From Hyaloraphidium curvatum SAG 235-1 (lineage: Eukaryota > Fungi > Monoblepharomycota), in assembly GCA_025558095.1 (NCBI GenBank), contig JAIVFI010000024.1:618030-682029 (forward strand): a DNA stretch of 64,000 nucleotides. The letters are read 5' to 3'. The notes beneath the pieces were generated by a model. That model made no database searches. It was given only the letters and a program-made list of their open reading frames with translations, and was not told the DNA's origin. Positions 58,987 through 64,000 of the stretch are shown here, one piece after another; position 1 is the first letter of the stretch, and the number at the start of each line of letters is the position of its first letter. Made by a program: the position numbers and the translations under genes.

Positions 58987-61121
58987 ATGCCCCCCAAGGG
59001 TGCCGCGCCCGCGCCGGAAGCAACGACGCCGCCGCAGCGGCGCCCGAGGCCGCGGGTCCGGGACGTGGTCACCCCGGGTGCCGGGTGCCTTCTCCTGCAG
59101 CGGGTACGCGCGCGAGACTCGCCTCCGGCTGCCACTGCAGTCTTTGAACATGCGTCTATACGGGTGCGCAGACCAACCGGCCCCCACGTCGCCCAGTCGA
59201 AAAGCCAAGTCCAAGCCGCATGCGAACGCGTCGCTCGCGGTCAAGGCGAACGCGGCCCAAGCAGAAGAAGGCCAAGTCCAATCCTCGGGAGGGTAAGCCA
59301 CGGCCAACAACGGCGTTGCGCGCCGTCTAACGCCTTGTCACGACCGGCAGAGGACCCGTCAGGCGGGCCGCGCGAGCCGACGGAGCCGGCCAACGCGGTC
59401 AAGAAGACGAAGGGCAAGGGCAAGCAGAGAGAGGGTTAGCCACGCCCACAGCAACGGCGTCGCGCGCTGTCTAACGCCTTTGTCACGACCGGCAGAGGAG
59501 CCCTCCGGCGGCCAGGACGACCCGAGGATCAGGCCGTCCCGGCGGACGAACCGGCGAACGCGCTCGACCTCTTAAAAGCGACGCTGGCGAGGCAGCTCGC
59601 TAGCAAAGAAGTTGAACCCTGCGACGTTCCCGAAGCGGCCGGCGGCGGCCCGCACCCGGACATCGTTGGCCTGTTCGACTACGTGGGTGTCTCCGAGATT
59701 CCCCAACGAAGCTAGGCCACCACTGATTTCGCTGCTAGCTCGCCGAAATCACTACAGACTTCGACACCAAGGCTTACGCGGCATGGATGAAGACCGAGTT
59801 CAAGCACAAGCGAGTCCGGTTGGGCAGGTCTGGATGAACGGAGGGCGAAAGCCATCTCGCAGGTGGGCTTCAGTAAGCGGTGCCTTCCGGCGGCGGCCAA
59901 TGACCTTCCCTTGCAGCACATCGACAACTACAAGAAGGAGCGCAGCAGCAAAGTCATCGAAGAGCTGGACCTGCTATACAAGGCCGCTGATAGTCGCGAG
60001 ATAGTCAGCAGAAAGTATGGGGGCCAGCGGTATTTCAAGGCGCCCGGTGGTCCGTGCGGGCGGGCCGGTGCGCCCCATCGTTATGGACTTTTTCAAGGAT
60101 GTGGGTGTTCCACGCACGGACCCTTGGACCGGAGCGGGGCCATGATTGACTCCGCTGCCAGCTCCTCGAGCTCACGGACGATGCCGAGATGGCCTCTTGG
60201 CTGCAAGACGTCGTGAGGCAAGTTGGCGTCGGGCGAGACGGTGGTTTCGGGGGTGGACGACGACCAGCAGAAGGCCATCTCGAGGTGGTTTTCTGGGCAG
60301 CGTCCACCGCCACGGGCGGCCACTGACTCCGTTTCCTTGCAGCACATCAAGGTCTACAAGAAGCGGCTGTTGGATGACGACCGGCAGCTCCCCGGCCCCC
60401 CGCCGGAGGAGGACTCCGAGGCGCGCGCCGCGACGCCCCCGGTCGTCGCCCCGCAGCCGCCGCCGGAGGACGACGGGCAGCTCCCCGACCCCCGCCGGAG
60501 GGGGACTCCGAGGACGAGATGAAGAGCTCCGCGGGCCTGCTGTGGCAGAGCCGCGGAAGCGGGGCCGTGGCAAAGGAGGGCGGGGGAGGGGACGGGCCTT
60601 TGAGACTAAAGCCAAGAAGCCGCGTGTCCGGGGTAGGCTTACCTCGAACGGCGCCGAGGACGGACGCATCTAACAGCATTTACCGTCCGGTGGACAGATG
60701 TGTCGTCTGCCGGCAGCGCCCCGAAGCCCCCAAGGCGACGAGCACGCGCACGATCCGGAGCCGGCGTCCAAGAAGGACAAGGCCAAGGGCAAGGACAAGC
60801 GGACGCACGAGCAGTCCGAGGGATGAACACAAGACGACGAGTAACGCGCCCTTTCCGGGGCCGGCATCCAGAAGCACAGGCCAAGGGCAAGAACTTGAGA
60901 TTCCTCGAACTCAACCCGACCGTAAGTCCTCGTCCCTCCGGCACGCTTTGGCAAGACCGCTCATGCAGGAGACGTTCTCCGTTGTAGACGGACCAGCTGC
61001 AAACCCACGTGCAGTCGCTTGATATCCCGTACCGGCTCCTCCTCAAACCGCAGATCAATGCATCGCCGCTCGGGTTCTTCGCCTTGAAGAAGGCGACGCC
61101 CGACAAGCCCGACGCCAAGGA

Positions 61122-61156
<35 letters not shown>

Positions 61157-62243
61157 ACGGGGACGGGGGCAACGGGGACGGGGTCGGGGATGGAGATGGG
61201 GTCGAGGAGCACGTTTGCTTCGTGGTCGGCTGCCAGACGCGGTACAGTGGAACCAGCCAGTTCCACGCCCACCTCCTGTCGGCACACGGGATCAGCTCAC
61301 GGGACATTCTCCGGTCGTGGAGGGTGAACTTCGGCGTTGTCGAGCGCACCGGAAGGGTTGGTTGGGACACTTGCTATCGATCTGGCGTTCTTGACCAGTC
61401 GCGTGGCGCATCAGGAGAGCGAGCTGACCAAGCTGAAAGCAGAAGATGTCCCTGAGTGGTGCTATAAGGGCTGTCACGCCGTCGCAGGCATGTCTCCGTG
61501 GGCCGCGCATCACGACCCGGCCCGCTTGACTGACAACTTGGCGCCCGAAGGCGGAGCTCCTGACGGCGGCGCTCGACATCACCGATCACGTTGCTCTGGA
61601 CGCGAGCAGCAAGGTCGTGTACACCATCGACAAGTTCGACAAGCCCGTGGACCCGCCGTTGCCATCCAAGGTCGTTGTCCGGCTACCGAACATCGAGGAG
61701 ACGGACGGGCGAGTCTTCTTTCGCCTCGTGCTGACGCACCATATGACCATCGAAAAGGTTATGGGTTTCCTGCTTTGCACCGGCGGACCTCCGCATTGAC
61801 GCGAATACTTCCAGATCGTCGAGATCAACGAGACCGAGGTCGCTTTGATTGGGATGGTCACATACCCTGGCGCACTTCTACATCTCGCGAACGAATTCGT
61901 CGCCAAGTACGACACCCCGAGCGCCCGCCCGACGCGACCCCGGTGCAGGTAGAGGTTGGGCTCGACTACGTGTTCAACGATTCATTCGCGACCCACTGCT
62001 TCCGAGTACGTCATAGCGCGTTGGTGCCTCACCCGGCAAGTTTCCTAACCCCTTTCCCAGGTCACAATTACCGCCGAGACAAGCTGGCTATTCCCGGGCT
62101 TCGAAGTCGACCTCGAGGAGCCGGCGTTCCGGGTGGTAAATGCCAAAGGGCTCAGTATTGTTAGCTTTCGCGGGCGACGGAAAGCAACGAGGAATGAGGG
62201 ACGATCGCTTGCGCGTGCGATCAACTTGTACGAGGATGATTAG
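58987..62243 (+). CDS. Large multi-exon hypothetical protein (possibly more than one gene, or frameshifted) with a C2H2 finger
   Basis: MPPKGAAP start, an internal repeat KAIS..FS...LQHI..YKK, a DG repeat, and CFVVGCQTRYSGTSQFHAHLLSAH. Several GT-AG introns. Confidence 0.45.
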
Positions 62244-62538
62244 GTGTCTTTTCGTACCGTGCAATGGCAAGTAGACGGTCTTTCCTTTGTCCGACCGAAA
62301 CAGAACTAATGTGGACTGAAAGCAGATGCAAAGTGGACCAGTGGCAGCTAGCAAACGGACCTGGCCCCCGAATCGTTTATCCAAAGCGAGATGAACGTAG
62401 ACATACTTGATTGGCCGGAAAGGACGCCTTTCACCTCCCGCACTTCCTCTTACGGATCCCGAATTCGGCGAATTGGCGCGCGGCGCTTTGGCGTGAGTCG
62501 CGCAAACCGTCCGCGCGACCACACATCCATATCCCGGA

Positions 62539-64000
62539 ATGACCGCCGCTGGATCACCGTCCTCCGGCGCGCCGTCGGCAGTCAGCGGCGCGCCGGCCCA
62601 TGCGCCGCTGATCCAGCCCTGCTTGGCGCTTCTCAAGGCAATCCGTCTCGGGGGCACCAAACAGGCCGCACACGCCGCTAAGCTTGCAGAGCTCACCCGA
62701 GGCTCGGAGCTCGCGCTCGGTGGTCAAAGCGCATTTGCACTGCCGTTTTGCGAGGTCTTCCGGGCTCTTGATAGCGAGCTCCAGACGGTCCTCGCGGATC
62801 TCGCGGAGTGCTGCGGTGCCCTCGTCCGGGAGGACCCACGGGTGCCGGCAGACCCGCTTGTGGGCAAGATCCAGCTCCTGCAGTCAGCTTTTGATTCAGA
62901 AGACTGGCCTGCGGCCTTCTCTGCCACCGAGGATCTCGTCACAAACAAAGAGCTCTTCGCTTTGGGGCAGCATGCTGCTGCGCTTGCCGCCTTCGACGAG
63001 GTATTCGCTCTGCTGGGCCAGCACGCATCCGAACAAGCGCTCGATATTATGGTCAAGCTTGTGGACGTTTGGGAGTACCGGAATCGCGCCGAGTCCTCAG
63101 AAAGCCTGGGGAAACCCTCCTCTGAGTCGGATTCCGTGGCCGGCTCCCAAGACCCGCTCCCCTTCACCTCACCGCGCTACAGCGGCGCCGCAACCATGTA
63201 TCCGTTCGCTAGACAGGCCGTGGTCACCGCCCAAATGGTGGAGGACGCACCCTCGAGCATGGAGCCGCAGTGTGAGACCCCGCGTGTTTTCGCTGTCACA
63301 ACTGCTGACGTCGCTGTCCCCGTATCAGTCACCGCCGAGGGAATCATCTGGCCCGACTTCTTCACGCTCCGGAAAGCGAGTGCAAAGGAGGACACGGAGA
63401 AGCAGGGGGAAACGCTGGTCATGATCCAAGACATCTTTGCAGCTTTCCATCCGACACCCGACTTGGCCGAGCTGAAGGGCTACATCGCCAAGCCGCGGTA
63501 CAAGACGCGATCTGCGCCCAAAGACGGCAGAGAGAACGGCACTGATACTGGGTATGTGCCGTGCAAGGACCAATGGATTGCAATTGGAGCGTGGATGTTT
63601 TTCGCGTGCCTCGACGAGGACGAGAAGGCAGCATTCGTCTTCAACATCAAGGCTGTGATGGTGCGTTATGCGATGGAGGCTGCTCGGTCTTTGCGCAGTC
63701 TTCTGACTGATGCCACCGCAGCAGGTTTCGCGGGACGAAATCGGAAACCTCTTCAATGACTTGCGGGACGAAGACGGCAATCTTCCACAAATGAAACACA
63801 TGAAGATCAGCGGCGCGGGGCCGAAGGTTGTTCTCTACAAGAACCGCTTCCAGACCTACGTCGGAAACGTACGTGAACCCAGTGCAGGCGGACTTGGCCA
63901 TATGGATGCGGACTGATCATTCGATCGTTCTCGCTGCAGATGATCAAGAGCTTCCCGTATTTGGCATTCTACGAGGACGCCTGGATCCTGGCAGTGATCC
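62539..64000 (+). CDS. Hypothetical transposon accessory protein, continues past the window end
   Basis: A 406-aa ORF plus probable downstream exons (EIGNLFND..., IKSFPYLAFYEDAWIL). Confidence 0.55.

Larger units (their letters stand above)
47181..64000. mobile_element. Large CACTA/EnSpm (CMC) DNA transposon, right end not seen in the window
   Basis: CCCTATGAGAAATTTCC terminus, CATGGG subterminal repeats and a CACTA transposase. GC is lower than the host genes and no housekeeping genes occur through to the window end. The extent is inferred. Confidence 0.72.

Noticed and set aside
61120-61200. (GGGGAC)n repeat as a regulatory G-quadruplex
   Set aside because: Explained as a coding Asp-Gly low-complexity tract.
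1-64000. Bacterial contig or prophage interpretation, and RNA genes
   Set aside because: Bacterial-like genes are interleaved with intron-containing fungal genes. No capsid, integrase, rRNA or tRNA was recognised.

Overview
GC-rich eukaryotic DNA with short (about 50-60 nt) GT-AG introns and CTRAC branch sites. Fungal markers (Zn2Cys6 factor, Dlt1-like, Dal5-type MFS), a multi-TOG XMAP215, several Sel1 genes and intronless bacterial-like genes suggest an early-diverging fungus (inference). Bases 1-44.6 kb are host genes: XMAP215, Dlt1-like, LETM1/Mdm38, an RS-rich protein, MFS, C2H2 and Zn2Cys6 factors, a G8/P-domain protein and an SDR. They are mixed with three damaged Sel1 genes, three HGT candidates (GH36-like, CBS hybrid histidine kinase, CE2 esterase with Cys-rich repeats), a toxin-like gene, and a 5'-truncated CRE-like retroposon with a 12-bp TSD. 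A LINE-like ORF1 begins at 44.65 kb, and its apparent ORF2 is cut at 47,181 by a probable CACTA/EnSpm left end (CCC terminus, 11 CATGGG repeats). No matching right end is seen, so the element may exceed 16.8 kb. Besides the transposase, this region encodes F-box, SET plus chromo-like, hAT-dimerisation-like, Ulp1-like protease and C2H2 proteins. This candidate giant CACTA with chromatin/ubiquitin/SUMO cargo is the most notable system here. Family calls come from motif recognition by eye, and exon boundaries are hand-inferred.
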